The translations under genes were made by a program, and so were the position numbers. Shown piece after piece: positions 36,514 to 45,886 of a DNA stretch of 64,000 nucleotides. Each line of letters begins with the position of its first letter. The stretch's first letter is position 1. The stretch lies in NCBI GenBank assembly GCA_963677595.1, contig OY782041.1, forward strand, positions 1,824,001 to 1,888,000, written 5' to 3'. Origin of the DNA: Spirochaetia bacterium. Its GTDB lineage: Bacteria > Spirochaetota > Spirochaetia > CAKZLE01. The notes beneath the pieces are model-generated. The model was not told where the DNA came from, did not search any database, and saw nothing but the letters and a program-made list of their open reading frames with translations.

Positions 36514-37598
36514 CAGACCACATAGCAGGGGACATCAGGATTGTCCTCATGGAAGGAAGCCAGGCCTGTGGTGTCACTGCCGGTGACGCGCGGTCTGCTC
36601 TTGAACTCGACTGCCAGGGAAAGCCTGCCGTCCCGCTCTAGGAGCAGATCGACCTCTGCCCCATGGTTTGTCCTCCAGTAGTAGAGGCGGTAATCTGCAC
36701 CGGCATAATCGAGTATCCTTCGGGTCTCCTGGATGAGGAACTGCTCGAAGAGTCGCCCCCTGAGAGCGGGATCCACAGAACTGCCGAGCCTGTGACAGAG
36801 GGAGTTGGTTACCCCGTTATCGAAGAGATATATCTTCGGGTGGCTCAGAAGCCGTTTTGTAGGGCTCTTCCTCCAGGCTGGCAGCCGGAATGCTATGAGG
36901 GTATCCTCTAAGACTTCGTAATATGACTGTACTGTCTTTGTAGGTAATCCGGCTTCCTTCCCGATAGAAGTGAAATTCACGATCTCTCCGCAATAGGCTG
37001 CCGTCAGGTCAAGGAACCGGGTATACCCACCAAGATTCCTGACCAGGGCCTCCTGCTGTATCTCCTCCAGCAGATAGACCTCTACATAGGCTTTCAGGGT
37101 ATCACGGGCATCCTTGCTAGAAAGCCCGAACAGGGGGGGAAGGGTCCCCCATATAAGCAGGTGGTCAAGGTCGACCTTAGGTTCCTCGTTGGATGCTTCA
37201 AGCTCCCCAATAGTGAAGGGATGCATGAATCTCTGCAGGGCCCTTCCCCCGAGCATGTTCGCCCCTTTCTGCTTCAGTCTTCTCGCACTTGAACCGGAAA
37301 GGATGAACCTGGCACGTGTAGATTCCATGAGAAGCTGTACCTCGTTCAGCAGTGCAGGGATTCTCTGCACTTCGTCGATAATGATCCAGGTACAGCCGTT
37401 GCGAATCTTCTCTTCTGCTTCGAGCCGAAACTGGGATGGATACTTCAGGTACCTGAAGTAGACCTCTGACTGCAGCAGGTCTACGAGCCAGGAGGACTCC
37501 AGTCCAAGGGAGTGGATCCAGGTGCTCTTCCCTGTCTGTCTTGGACCTAATAAAAAGCATGATCGATTCGGTAATCGCATTATTCTATTTATCATCAT
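36435..37598 (-). CDS. AAA+ ATPase (AAA_14) with DUF4143 domain
   Basis: GPRQTGKST, IIDEVQR, SGSS, GRA, PKIYLFDNG, YYWRT..GAEVD, VEFKS. Confidence 0.92.
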   Translation of the reverse strand: MMINRIMRLPNRSCFLLGPRQTGKSTWIHSLGLESSWLVDLLQSEVYFRYLKYPSQFRLEAEEKIRNGCTWIIIDEVQRIPALLNEVQLLMESTRARFILSGSSARRLKQKGANMLGGRALQRFMHPFTIGELEASNEEPKVDLDHLLIWGTLPPLFGLSSKDARDTLKAYVEVYLLEEIQQEALVRNLGGYTRFLDLTAAYCGEIVNFTSIGKEAGLPTKTVQSYYEVLEDTLIAFRLPAWRKSPTKRLLSHPKIYLFDNGVTNSLCHRLGSSVDPALRGRLFEQFLIQETRRILDYAGADYRLYYWRTNHGAEVDLLLERDGRLSLAVEFKSRPRVTGSDTTGLASFHEDNPDVPCYVVCTAPEPYSLGFTRIIGWREYLSLLVS

Positions 37599-37666
37599 GC
37601 CAAATTGTACGGTAATTTGGCAACAAAGTACAAGAAATGTATGGTAAAAATTGCAGAAACTTTTTC

Positions 37667-37752
37667 TTGACGGATAGGAAAACCTCTCTTACAATAATCT
37701 TTACCAAGGGTTAATATTTTAAACAAAGGTAATAATTATAACCCTGGGTAAA
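37667..37752 (+). promoter_or_regulatory. Promoter and TetR-type operator sites of the rhamnosidase operon
   Basis: TTGACG(37667)-17 bp-TACAAT(37690); inverted pair TTTACCAAGGGTTA (37700-37713) / TAACCCTGGGTAAA (37739-37752). Confidence 0.68.
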
Positions 37753-37775
37753 TCAAGAGGAGCAGGGGTACGGAC

Positions 37776-38414
37776 ATGCCGAAGATCGTCTACAAGAAGC
37801 ACCGGGCTAACCAGCAGGCACTGATACTCGAGACAGCCGAGGAGCTGTTCACCCGGAAGGGTATCGATGATGTCACGATAAACGACATCACCAAGTCTGC
37901 CCGGATCACGAAGCCTACCATCTACAACTATTTTGCCAGCAAAGAAGATATAGCGACCGAGATCTTCCGGACCATCAGCCGAGGCTGGGCTGAACGGAAT
38001 GCGCGGGAGGTCTGGAACCAGGCTGGTAACGGCTACGAGATGGTGGAGCTCTTCATAACCAGCCATTTCAACTACCTGTTCGAGCATATCAAGGAGGCGA
38101 GCTTCGTGGCTGAGTTCAACCACCTCTATGCCAAGCAGTGGACGGTCGAACAAGCCCATATCGTCATCGACGAGACGCTCTCCAGCGATAAGGACGCACT
38201 CCTTGCAGTCCTGGGCAGGGGGCAGGAGGACGGCTCCATCCGGGATGACATCGATCCCGTCACCATGGAAGCCATGATCTTCAACTACGTCTCAGCTATG
38301 GTGAGCCGGCTCGGGGAGTTCGGGGCGAAGATCGGTCAGGAGTTCGAGGTGAACGACCAGGAACTCTTTACCAAGATAAACAGGATGTTCCTCATCGGCT
38401 TGAAGCCGGAATAG
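37776..38414 (+). CDS. TetR/AcrR family regulator
   Basis: ILETAEELFTRKG....TINDI...ARITKPTIYNYFASKEDI. Confidence 0.92.
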   Translation: MPKIVYKKHRANQQALILETAEELFTRKGIDDVTINDITKSARITKPTIYNYFASKEDIATEIFRTISRGWAERNAREVWNQAGNGYEMVELFITSHFNYLFEHIKEASFVAEFNHLYAKQWTVEQAHIVIDETLSSDKDALLAVLGRGQEDGSIRDDIDPVTMEAMIFNYVSAMVSRLGEFGAKIGQEFEVNDQELFTKINRMFLIGLKPE

Positions 38415-38445
38415 GGATGTATACGCAATAAGGGAGAAGAACCTG

Positions 38446-39975
38446 GTGAGTGAAAGAGATACCGCTGCCGGTAACCGGCAGCCATTGATCGAGACGATCG
38501 ACCTCTGCAAGAATTTCGGCCCTACCCAGGCCCTGAAGTCTGTGAGCCTGAAGATATTCAGGGGGCAGATCACCGGGCTCATCGGGGAGAACGGGTCGGG
38601 GAAGTCCACCATCTCATCGATCATCGCCGGCATGCAGCCGGCGACCTCCGGGTCGATGCGCTACAAGGGGGCACCGCATGCCCCGAAGACGATGATCGAG
38701 GCCGGGAAAGCCGGCATCGGGATGGTCGTCCAGGAGCAGGGGTATATCCCCGGCATCTCGGTCGCGAGGAACATCTTCCTCGGGGTCGAGAACCAGTTCC
38801 GCAGAAGGGGCGTCATCTCAAAGAAAGCCATGAATACCGCTGCCGGGGACGTACTGGGAAGGATCGGGCTCGGGGAGATCGATCCCGCGATGCTGATCGA
38901 CCGCCTCGACATCCATGACAGGAAACTCATCGAGATCGCGAGAGTGCTCGTGGCTGATCCCGAGGTCCTGGTCATCGATGAGACCACGACAGCCCTCTCC
39001 CACCACGGTCGGGAGATCGCCTACTCGATCATGCGCAGCATGAGGGATGACGGCAAGGCCGTGATCTTCATCTCCCATGACCTCGATGAGCTCATGGTGA
39101 CCTGCGACACCCTCTCGGTCCTCCGGGACGGGGTGCTGGTGAAGCGCCTGGAGAAGGAGGAGTTCGATTCCTCAGTGATCAAGTCCAGCATGGTCGGCCG
39201 TGATATGGGGGACAAGTACTACCGTGAGGACTACGGCACGAAGATCTCAGATGAGGTCGTCCTCAAGGCTGATACCATCACCACAGCCGGCGGCCTGCTG
39301 ATGAACTTCTCGATGGAACTCCATAAAGGCGAGATCCTCGGGATCGGCGGCCTCTCCCACTGCGGGATGCATGAGCTCGGCAAGGCCCTCTTCGGCGATG
39401 AGAAGCTGCTCACCGGGACCGTGATGCACACCACCTCCGGGAAACAGGTAGATTCATCCAAGACCGCGATCGGCCTCTCCATGGGCTATGTCAGTAAGGA
39501 CCGGGACAAGGAAGCCCTCGTGCTGACAGCCTCGATCAGGGACAATATCGCGGGTGCCGGCCTCGACAAGATCGCTGACGGTCCCTTCATCTTCCCCGGG
39601 AAGGAGAAGGCCTATGTCATGAAGCAGGTCGACTCGCTTTCCATCAAGTGTGCGTCGATCGAGCAGAACGTCCAGTACCTCTCCGGTGGCAATAAGCAGA
39701 AGGTAGTCTTCGGCAAGTGGGTCGGCAGGGACTGTGACATCCTCATCCTTGACTGCCCCACGCGCGGCGTCGACATCGGAGTGAAGGCAGCCATGTATGC
39801 GCTGATGGAAGAGATGCAGGGAGAGGGGAAGTCCATCCTGATGATCTCAGAGGAACTCCCGGAGCTGCTCGGCATGTCGGACAGACTGATCATCCTGAAG
39901 GATGGAACCCTTGCCGGTGAGTACCGCCGGTCTCCTGACCTGTCGGAACACGACATCGTCGACTGCATGATTTGA
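38446..39975 (+). CDS. Sugar ABC transporter ATP-binding protein (CUT2, two NBDs)
   Basis: GENGSGKST, LVIDETTT, LSGGNKQKV, ILDCPTRGVD. Confidence 0.93.
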   Translation: MSERDTAAGNRQPLIETIDLCKNFGPTQALKSVSLKIFRGQITGLIGENGSGKSTISSIIAGMQPATSGSMRYKGAPHAPKTMIEAGKAGIGMVVQEQGYIPGISVARNIFLGVENQFRRRGVISKKAMNTAAGDVLGRIGLGEIDPAMLIDRLDIHDRKLIEIARVLVADPEVLVIDETTTALSHHGREIAYSIMRSMRDDGKAVIFISHDLDELMVTCDTLSVLRDGVLVKRLEKEEFDSSVIKSSMVGRDMGDKYYREDYGTKISDEVVLKADTITTAGGLLMNFSMELHKGEILGIGGLSHCGMHELGKALFGDEKLLTGTVMHTTSGKQVDSSKTAIGLSMGYVSKDRDKEALVLTASIRDNIAGAGLDKIADGPFIFPGKEKAYVMKQVDSLSIKCASIEQNVQYLSGGNKQKVVFGKWVGRDCDILILDCPTRGVDIGVKAAMYALMEEMQGEGKSILMISEELPELLGMSDRLIILKDGTLAGEYRRSPDLSEHDIVDCMI

Positions 39976-39985
39976 GGTGAATACT

Positions 39986-40945
39986 ATGAACAAGACCCAT
40001 TGGGAGACTGTCAAACATATCTTCCCCATCCTCGGGTTCGTCCTGGTAGTGGCATTCTTCGCGATCGCCACGAAAGGTGCGATCCTAAGCAAAGTGAGCC
40101 TGCAGAGCTTGCTGAACCAGGTCATGACCATCTCCCTCGTATCGATCGGGGCTGTGTTCATCTTCGGTTCTGGGAATTTCGACCTCTCGCTCAGCGGGTC
40201 GGTGGCACTGAGTGCCGTATTGGCAGGCTACACTGCGATCGCTACGGGAAGCCTCTTCCTCGCCCTGCTCACCGCAGTCGGGGTCGCCCTGCTGGTCGGC
40301 CTCTTCAAGGGGATGTTCGCCGCCTACATCGATGTTCCCCTGTTCATCGTGACCATCGTGCTGGGCTTCATGATCTCGGCACTGGTACTCGTGATCATGG
40401 GGAAGGATGTCACGATCTACCTCAGTGAGGCCGTGAAGGAGATCCCATCGTTCACCTTCGGGCAGCTCACGGCGATCAACCTGGTCATCCTCGGCGGCTA
40501 TTTCCTGCTGTGTGTGGTGCTCTTCAACTACACCTCACTGGGCAGGAAGATCAAGCTCCTCGGCGGGAACCCCGTCACGGCACGGCAGCTGGGCATGAAC
40601 CTCCCGAAGGTGAAGATCGCGGCATTCCTCGTCTCGTCCCTCGGGGTCGGCCTGGCGGCCTTCGCCCTGCTGATCAGGACGAGGACTGTGGGAACGACGA
40701 CCGCAGGGTCGGTAGGGATGAACGTGCTGGTCGCGCTCGTTCTCGGGGGGATGCCCCTCTCAGGGGGACCGAGAAGCAAGATCTCAGCAGGGCTTGTGGG
40801 TGCGGCAACGATCGCGGTCCTCAATGCCGGGCTGACGATGCTGGGGTTCAACCTGGCAACGGTCCAGATAAGCAGAGCAGTTATTTTCTTGGCAATCGTC
40901 TATCTTGCGAGTATCTCATACCGCACGAAGCTGCTGCCAAGATAA
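39986..40945 (+). CDS. Sugar ABC transporter permease
   Basis: GNFDLSLSG, LGGNP..A...G, LVLGGM...GG. Confidence 0.88.
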   Translation: MNKTHWETVKHIFPILGFVLVVAFFAIATKGAILSKVSLQSLLNQVMTISLVSIGAVFIFGSGNFDLSLSGSVALSAVLAGYTAIATGSLFLALLTAVGVALLVGLFKGMFAAYIDVPLFIVTIVLGFMISALVLVIMGKDVTIYLSEAVKEIPSFTFGQLTAINLVILGGYFLLCVVLFNYTSLGRKIKLLGGNPVTARQLGMNLPKVKIAAFLVSSLGVGLAAFALLIRTRTVGTTTAGSVGMNVLVALVLGGMPLSGGPRSKISAGLVGAATIAVLNAGLTMLGFNLATVQISRAVIFLAIVYLASISYRTKLLPR

Positions 40946-40987
40946 GAATAGAACAAGAAACGGAAAAGTTTGTTAAGGAGGAATAGT

Positions 40988-42181
40988 ATGAGAAAGAGAA
41001 TGTTGCTGGCAATGGCAGTGATGCTGCTCGTGACGATGGTGGTGTTCGCGGGAGGATCCCAGGAGAAGGCTGCGGCTCCCGCTGCATCAGTCTTAGGTGA
41101 CGTACCTGCAGGGGTGGAACTCTCAGCAGATGGGCGATACCCGGCAGAGACGGTGAAGCTGGGCTTCGTGAACTACGATTCTACCGCACAGCAGGTACTG
41201 GAACTCAAGACCTATTATGAGTATCTCCAGACTGCCTACAATTTCGAGATCATCTGGTCGGAGTCCCTCAGCAGTGCCGAGGAGGAGTTTGCCTTCATCG
41301 AGTCCTGTGCCGCTGCAGGCTGCAAGGGTGTCATCGGCTACTACAACGAAGGCCGTGCTGAATCGGTGAAGCTTGCCTCTTCCCTCGGTATGTACTACTG
41401 GGGCGGGGCTGAGATCGCTGACATCTATGAACCGGTCAAGAACGATACGATGTATATCGGTGGTTACGATACCGGAAGCAAGGACTACGACTTCGGCGTC
41501 TCCATCACCGAAGCCCTCGTGAAGGCTGGATGTCACAAGATCATCGTCATGAGCGGTGGTAAGGACTACGGCGTCCCCTTCTTCGTCTCCCGGTACAACG
41601 GGATCATGGACGGCATCAAGGCTGCACAGGATAGCGGCTATGATATCGAGATGGTCTATGAAGTACCCGGCTGGCCGGGGACTGAGGAGTTCGCCGCTCA
41701 CCAGGCAGCCGCACTCGATACCGATGCTGACGGACTGGCAGGGACCCTGACTACCCTCATGTGGATCCAGCCCCTCCAGAATGCCGGCAAGTTCGGCCAG
41801 ATCAAGATGTCGAGCATCGAGTCCGTCAATGAGGATATGGTCGGCCTGATGCATGCAGGCGCCTACGTGGGCATCTGCTCAGAGATCTCCGACATGTTCG
41901 GGCTCTCGATCCCGATGATGCTCAATGCCGTGGAAGGCTATGGTGACCTGCAGCGGAATGCTGACGGGACAGCCGGGAAGGTCAAGGCTGCAAGCTGGGC
42001 GATCACCAGTGTCGATGAGCTCGGCTACTACGCTTCTATCGAGAAGAAGGGTGGCACCTGGGTCTTCGATATCGATGATATCAAGTCGGTCCTCGGGGCA
42101 TTCAACCCAGACCTCAACGTGGACTCCATGGGCGAGCTCTATTCGGCAGTCACTGCTTCAGAGATCCAGGCCCGACGTTAA
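40988..42181 (+). CDS. ABC transporter substrate-binding protein (divergent)
   Basis: Signal peptide ending FAGGSQE; sits inside the ABC operon; periplasmic-binding-protein-like length. Confidence 0.75.
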   Translation: MRKRMLLAMAVMLLVTMVVFAGGSQEKAAAPAASVLGDVPAGVELSADGRYPAETVKLGFVNYDSTAQQVLELKTYYEYLQTAYNFEIIWSESLSSAEEEFAFIESCAAAGCKGVIGYYNEGRAESVKLASSLGMYYWGGAEIADIYEPVKNDTMYIGGYDTGSKDYDFGVSITEALVKAGCHKIIVMSGGKDYGVPFFVSRYNGIMDGIKAAQDSGYDIEMVYEVPGWPGTEEFAAHQAAALDTDADGLAGTLTTLMWIQPLQNAGKFGQIKMSSIESVNEDMVGLMHAGAYVGICSEISDMFGLSIPMMLNAVEGYGDLQRNADGTAGKVKAASWAITSVDELGYYASIEKKGGTWVFDIDDIKSVLGAFNPDLNVDSMGELYSAVTASEIQARR

Positions 42182-42192
42182 TCAAGAATATG

Positions 42193-42221
42193 CCCCGGCT
42201 GGGTATAGTACCCAGCCGGGG
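42193..42221 (+). terminator. Intra-operon GC-rich stem-loop after the SBP gene
   Basis: Perfect 13-bp stem CCCCGGCTGGGTA-tag-TACCCAGCCGGGG, no U-tract. Confidence 0.6.
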
Positions 42222-42232
42222 GACAACAGAGG

Positions 42233-43237
42233 ATGAGTATGGTTTCCAAGAATAGAATCGTCAAGAATATCGGTATGTCCCTCACACCCCCGGTCCTGGT
42301 GTTCCTCCTGCTGCTGGTCCTGACCAGCCTCTTCGGGAAGGGCGGGTTCGGGCGGGGATCAGACCTGCTGACCATCATCTACAATATGGCATTCTCAGGC
42401 TTCATTGCCCTGGCGATGTCCTACAACCTCACGTCGGGACGACTCGATTTCTCCATCGGTTCCGTGCTGATCCTCTCCCTCATCGCCGGCGGCTCGATCG
42501 CGAAGCAGGTACAGGCCGGGCCCGTAGGGCTCGTCCTCCTCGTGGTAGGATTCGGGCTGCTGCTCGGGCTGTTCTCCGGGTTCATGTACATCACCCTGAG
42601 GCTGCCGGCGATGGTGACCTCCCTAGGTGTCACCATGGTCTATGAGGCGATCGCCTTCATCATCAATGACGGTAACGGGATCAGGCTGATCGGCCGGTTC
42701 GACATGCTCATCTGGGCACGCCCTCCCTTCAACCTGCTGCTGCTTGCCGTCATCCTGGCGATCCTGGTCTACCTGCTGAACTTCACCAAGTTCGGCTATG
42801 ATGCAGGAGCCCTGGAGACCGGGCAGAAGAACGCAGTCGACGTCGGCATCAATGAGAATACCAATGCGCTCATCTCTTATACCATCGCTGGTGGGTTGAT
42901 GGGGGCTGCCGGGGTGCTATACCTCTCCCAGTACGGGTATATCGCACCGCAGTCGGGACTCTCGAGCGCATCCTTCATGATGGGCGCCTTCCTTCCTGTC
43001 TTCATAGGCGGTGCCCTTGCTCATTACTCTGACCGGAACATCGGGGTGGTGATCGGCGCCTTCATCCAGGCATCGGTCTCCTCTGCCATCGTGAACCTGG
43101 GGATCTCGAGTTCCATGAAGACCGTCATCGACGGGCTGATCGTCCTCGTGTTCCTCGTCTACCTCTTCAACAAGCACAAGTTTGAGCTGAACAGGCTCTA
43201 CCGGCAGAAGAAGGCCCGGGCCCTGGGTCAGTCATGA
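42233..43237 (+). CDS. Sugar ABC transporter permease
   Basis: GRLDFSIGS, TKFGY, VFIGG; hydrophobic. Confidence 0.88.
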   Translation: MSMVSKNRIVKNIGMSLTPPVLVFLLLLVLTSLFGKGGFGRGSDLLTIIYNMAFSGFIALAMSYNLTSGRLDFSIGSVLILSLIAGGSIAKQVQAGPVGLVLLVVGFGLLLGLFSGFMYITLRLPAMVTSLGVTMVYEAIAFIINDGNGIRLIGRFDMLIWARPPFNLLLLAVILAILVYLLNFTKFGYDAGALETGQKNAVDVGINENTNALISYTIAGGLMGAAGVLYLSQYGYIAPQSGLSSASFMMGAFLPVFIGGALAHYSDRNIGVVIGAFIQASVSSAIVNLGISSSMKTVIDGLIVLVFLVYLFNKHKFELNRLYRQKKARALGQS

Positions 43238-45879
43238 CGATCACGGTCAACGGTCAGTCTGGGCATTGTTACACCGATGATGCCCGGCCGGTCCTCCTTC
43301 TCTCGAAACCAGGCCAGGTGCATGCGGACTGTCTCACCGTAGAGGTCCATGATGCGGAAGGCCAGTGTATCTGGGAGAGCGGCAGGATCCCCTTCAGCCC
43401 GCAGGTGCCCCTGACAGGGATCCTGCTTAAGCCTAAGACGGCCTATACGATCACCGCAGGTCTCTATACCGGCAAAGAGCTCAGTGATTCTGCGGCTCTC
43501 ACCCTCGAGACCGGCTTTCTGGGGACTGCATGGGAAGCTGGGTGGATCGAGCCGCAGCAGGATCCAGGGATCAGGGAGGAGGAGATCCCCTTTCATGAAC
43601 TCTTCCGGCCGAACCCCGCGTTCTTCGGCGGGCAGGGGAGGCTCAGGCCCTGCCGGGAGATCAGGAAGACCTTCAGCCTCGCTGAGGTGCCGGCCTCTTC
43701 CAGGCTGTATGTGTCGGCCCACGGGATCTATTCCCTGATCGTGAACGGGAAGACAGTCTCTGACAGACAGTTCGCACCGGAGACCTCCTCCTACCAGGAG
43801 CGGCTCTACTACCAGGTATACGATCCCAGCGACCTCCTTACACAGGGAGAGAACGAGATATCGTTGACCTTGGCCGACGGCTGGTGGATCGGGAGGATCG
43901 GGATCTCCGGGGACAGCTGCCAGTACGGGGATCACCTCGGCTGCATCATGCAGCTCGATGCTGCCTACCCGTCCGGGACCTCACAGGTGTTGGGGAGCGA
44001 TGCGAGCTTCCAGGGCAGGAGGAGCAGGATCGACTATGCCGACCTCTTCATCGGGCAGGGGACTGACTTCGCCCGGGAGGAGGAGCCCTGGTCTCCCTGC
44101 ACAGCTGTCGATTACCCCACAACCAACCTCATCGCCCAGCCAATAGCGCCGGTGGTCGAGTATGACCGGCTGCCGGCTGAGTTGATACTCAACGCAGCAG
44201 GTGAGCTCATCGCCGATTTCGGCAGGGTCATCGCCGGCGTCGCCGATATCTCGGTCACCTGTGAACCGGGACGGGAAGTCACCCTCGACTTCTGCGAGGT
44301 GCTCGATGAGCAGGGGAATTACTTACGGAACATCCTCGGGCGAAACAAGGACCAGCGGGATACGTTCACCTGCGGGGAAGGTACGACACAGTTCTCCCCG
44401 GAATTCACCTATCACGGGTTTCGCTATATGAGGATCTCCGGGGTGAAGCCCGAAGAGATCACAAACCTCTCCGCACGAGCTTTCGGGACCGACCTCACAT
44501 CGCGGGGGATGTTTCACTGCTCGGATGAACGGCTGAACCGGCTCCAGGAGAACATACGCAGCAGCATGAGGGCGAACTTCTTCTCCGTCCCGACCGACTG
44601 CCCCCAGCGGGAGAAGGCCGGTTGGACCGGCGATGTCGCGGCATTCGCCTCAACCGGCTGCTTCAACTACCATATCGACGGCTTCCTGCGGGGATGGCTC
44701 GAGAACATGAAGGTCGAGCAGCTTGAGGACGGCGGGATCCCGGTCGTGATCCCCAACTACCCCATGCAGGAGAAGCACCAGAAGGGCAATGGGGGAAGCA
44801 CCTCCTCTGCCTGGAGCGATGCCTGTGTACTCGTCCCCTGGGAGCTCTACCGGCAGTACGGGGACCTCGAAATACTTGCCAGTACCCTGCCGATGATGGA
44901 TCGGTGGGTCGAGTACTCGATACGGCAGTGCTCTGAGAGACCTGAGGACTTCGCAGGGCGCCCCCTTGCCGAACAGCACTGGAATGGGTTCCTCATGAAT
45001 ACCGGGTTCCATTTCGGGGACTGGTTCATCCCAAGTTTCCAGAGAACGGGGAAGAACCCCTTCGAGGCCTCCGCAGCCACGAAGGATGTGACGGCGAGCT
45101 GCTACCATGCCATCGTGCTTGCACGGTATGCGGAGATCCTCAGGTTACTCAATGCGGATGACCCAAGGATCAAGTCAGTAGAAGACCGCCTCGAGCAGGT
45201 GAGGGAAGCTGTCCTGGCGTGTTATGTCGCCCAGGACGGAAAGGTGACCGGTGACCTGCAGGGACTCTACGTGGTCCTGCTGCATGCCGGGATCGTTCAT
45301 GGTGAGCTGAGGCAGAAGGTGGTAGACAACCTCGTCCGGCTCGTGAGGGAGAACGGGACCCGGCTCGATACCGGGTTCGTCTCGACCCCGCTGCTGCTTG
45401 GGACCCTCGCCGATAACGGAGAGCTCGACCTTGCGTTTGAGCTGCTGTTCCAGACTGAGGCACCTTCCTGGCTCTATATGGTAGAGAAGGGGGCAACCTC
45501 CATCTGGGAGAACTGGGAGGCGATCAGGCCGGACGGGAGCAGGATGGCTTCCTCCTTCAACCATTTCGCCCTCGGGAGCGTCGGGGATTTCCTCTACCGG
45601 TATATCGCGGGGATTCAGATCGAGGAAGCAGGGTACCGGAAGATACTTTTCTCCCCGATCATCGACTGCGGGCTCTCCTCTGCCGAGGCAGGACTCGAGA
45701 CAGCCTACGGCTATGTCTCCTGCTCCTGGCGGTGGGAAGGGGATACCTGCAGCGTAGCTGTTACCGTGCCGCAGGACTGCGGGGGGACCCTCCGCCTGTT
45801 CGGTCGGGATGAGCCCATCCCGAGCGGTACGCATCTCTACCGGTTCTCCCGTGACGGGATCAACCTCCTGAAAGAGTAG
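43234..45879 (+). CDS. Alpha-L-rhamnosidase (GH78)
   Basis: FTYHGFRY, PTDCPQREKAGWTGD, FGDW, ATSIWENW, SFNHFALG. Confidence 0.93.
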   Translation: MTITVNGQSGHCYTDDARPVLLLSKPGQVHADCLTVEVHDAEGQCIWESGRIPFSPQVPLTGILLKPKTAYTITAGLYTGKELSDSAALTLETGFLGTAWEAGWIEPQQDPGIREEEIPFHELFRPNPAFFGGQGRLRPCREIRKTFSLAEVPASSRLYVSAHGIYSLIVNGKTVSDRQFAPETSSYQERLYYQVYDPSDLLTQGENEISLTLADGWWIGRIGISGDSCQYGDHLGCIMQLDAAYPSGTSQVLGSDASFQGRRSRIDYADLFIGQGTDFAREEEPWSPCTAVDYPTTNLIAQPIAPVVEYDRLPAELILNAAGELIADFGRVIAGVADISVTCEPGREVTLDFCEVLDEQGNYLRNILGRNKDQRDTFTCGEGTTQFSPEFTYHGFRYMRISGVKPEEITNLSARAFGTDLTSRGMFHCSDERLNRLQENIRSSMRANFFSVPTDCPQREKAGWTGDVAAFASTGCFNYHIDGFLRGWLENMKVEQLEDGGIPVVIPNYPMQEKHQKGNGGSTSSAWSDACVLVPWELYRQYGDLEILASTLPMMDRWVEYSIRQCSERPEDFAGRPLAEQHWNGFLMNTGFHFGDWFIPSFQRTGKNPFEASAATKDVTASCYHAIVLARYAEILRLLNADDPRIKSVEDRLEQVREAVLACYVAQDGKVTGDLQGLYVVLLHAGIVHGELRQKVVDNLVRLVRENGTRLDTGFVSTPLLLGTLADNGELDLAFELLFQTEAPSWLYMVEKGATSIWENWEAIRPDGSRMASSFNHFALGSVGDFLYRYIAGIQIEEAGYRKILFSPIIDCGLSSAEAGLETAYGYVSCSWRWEGDTCSVAVTVPQDCGGTLRLFGRDEPIPSGTHLYRFSRDGINLLKE

Positions 45880-45886
45880 GAAGCAT

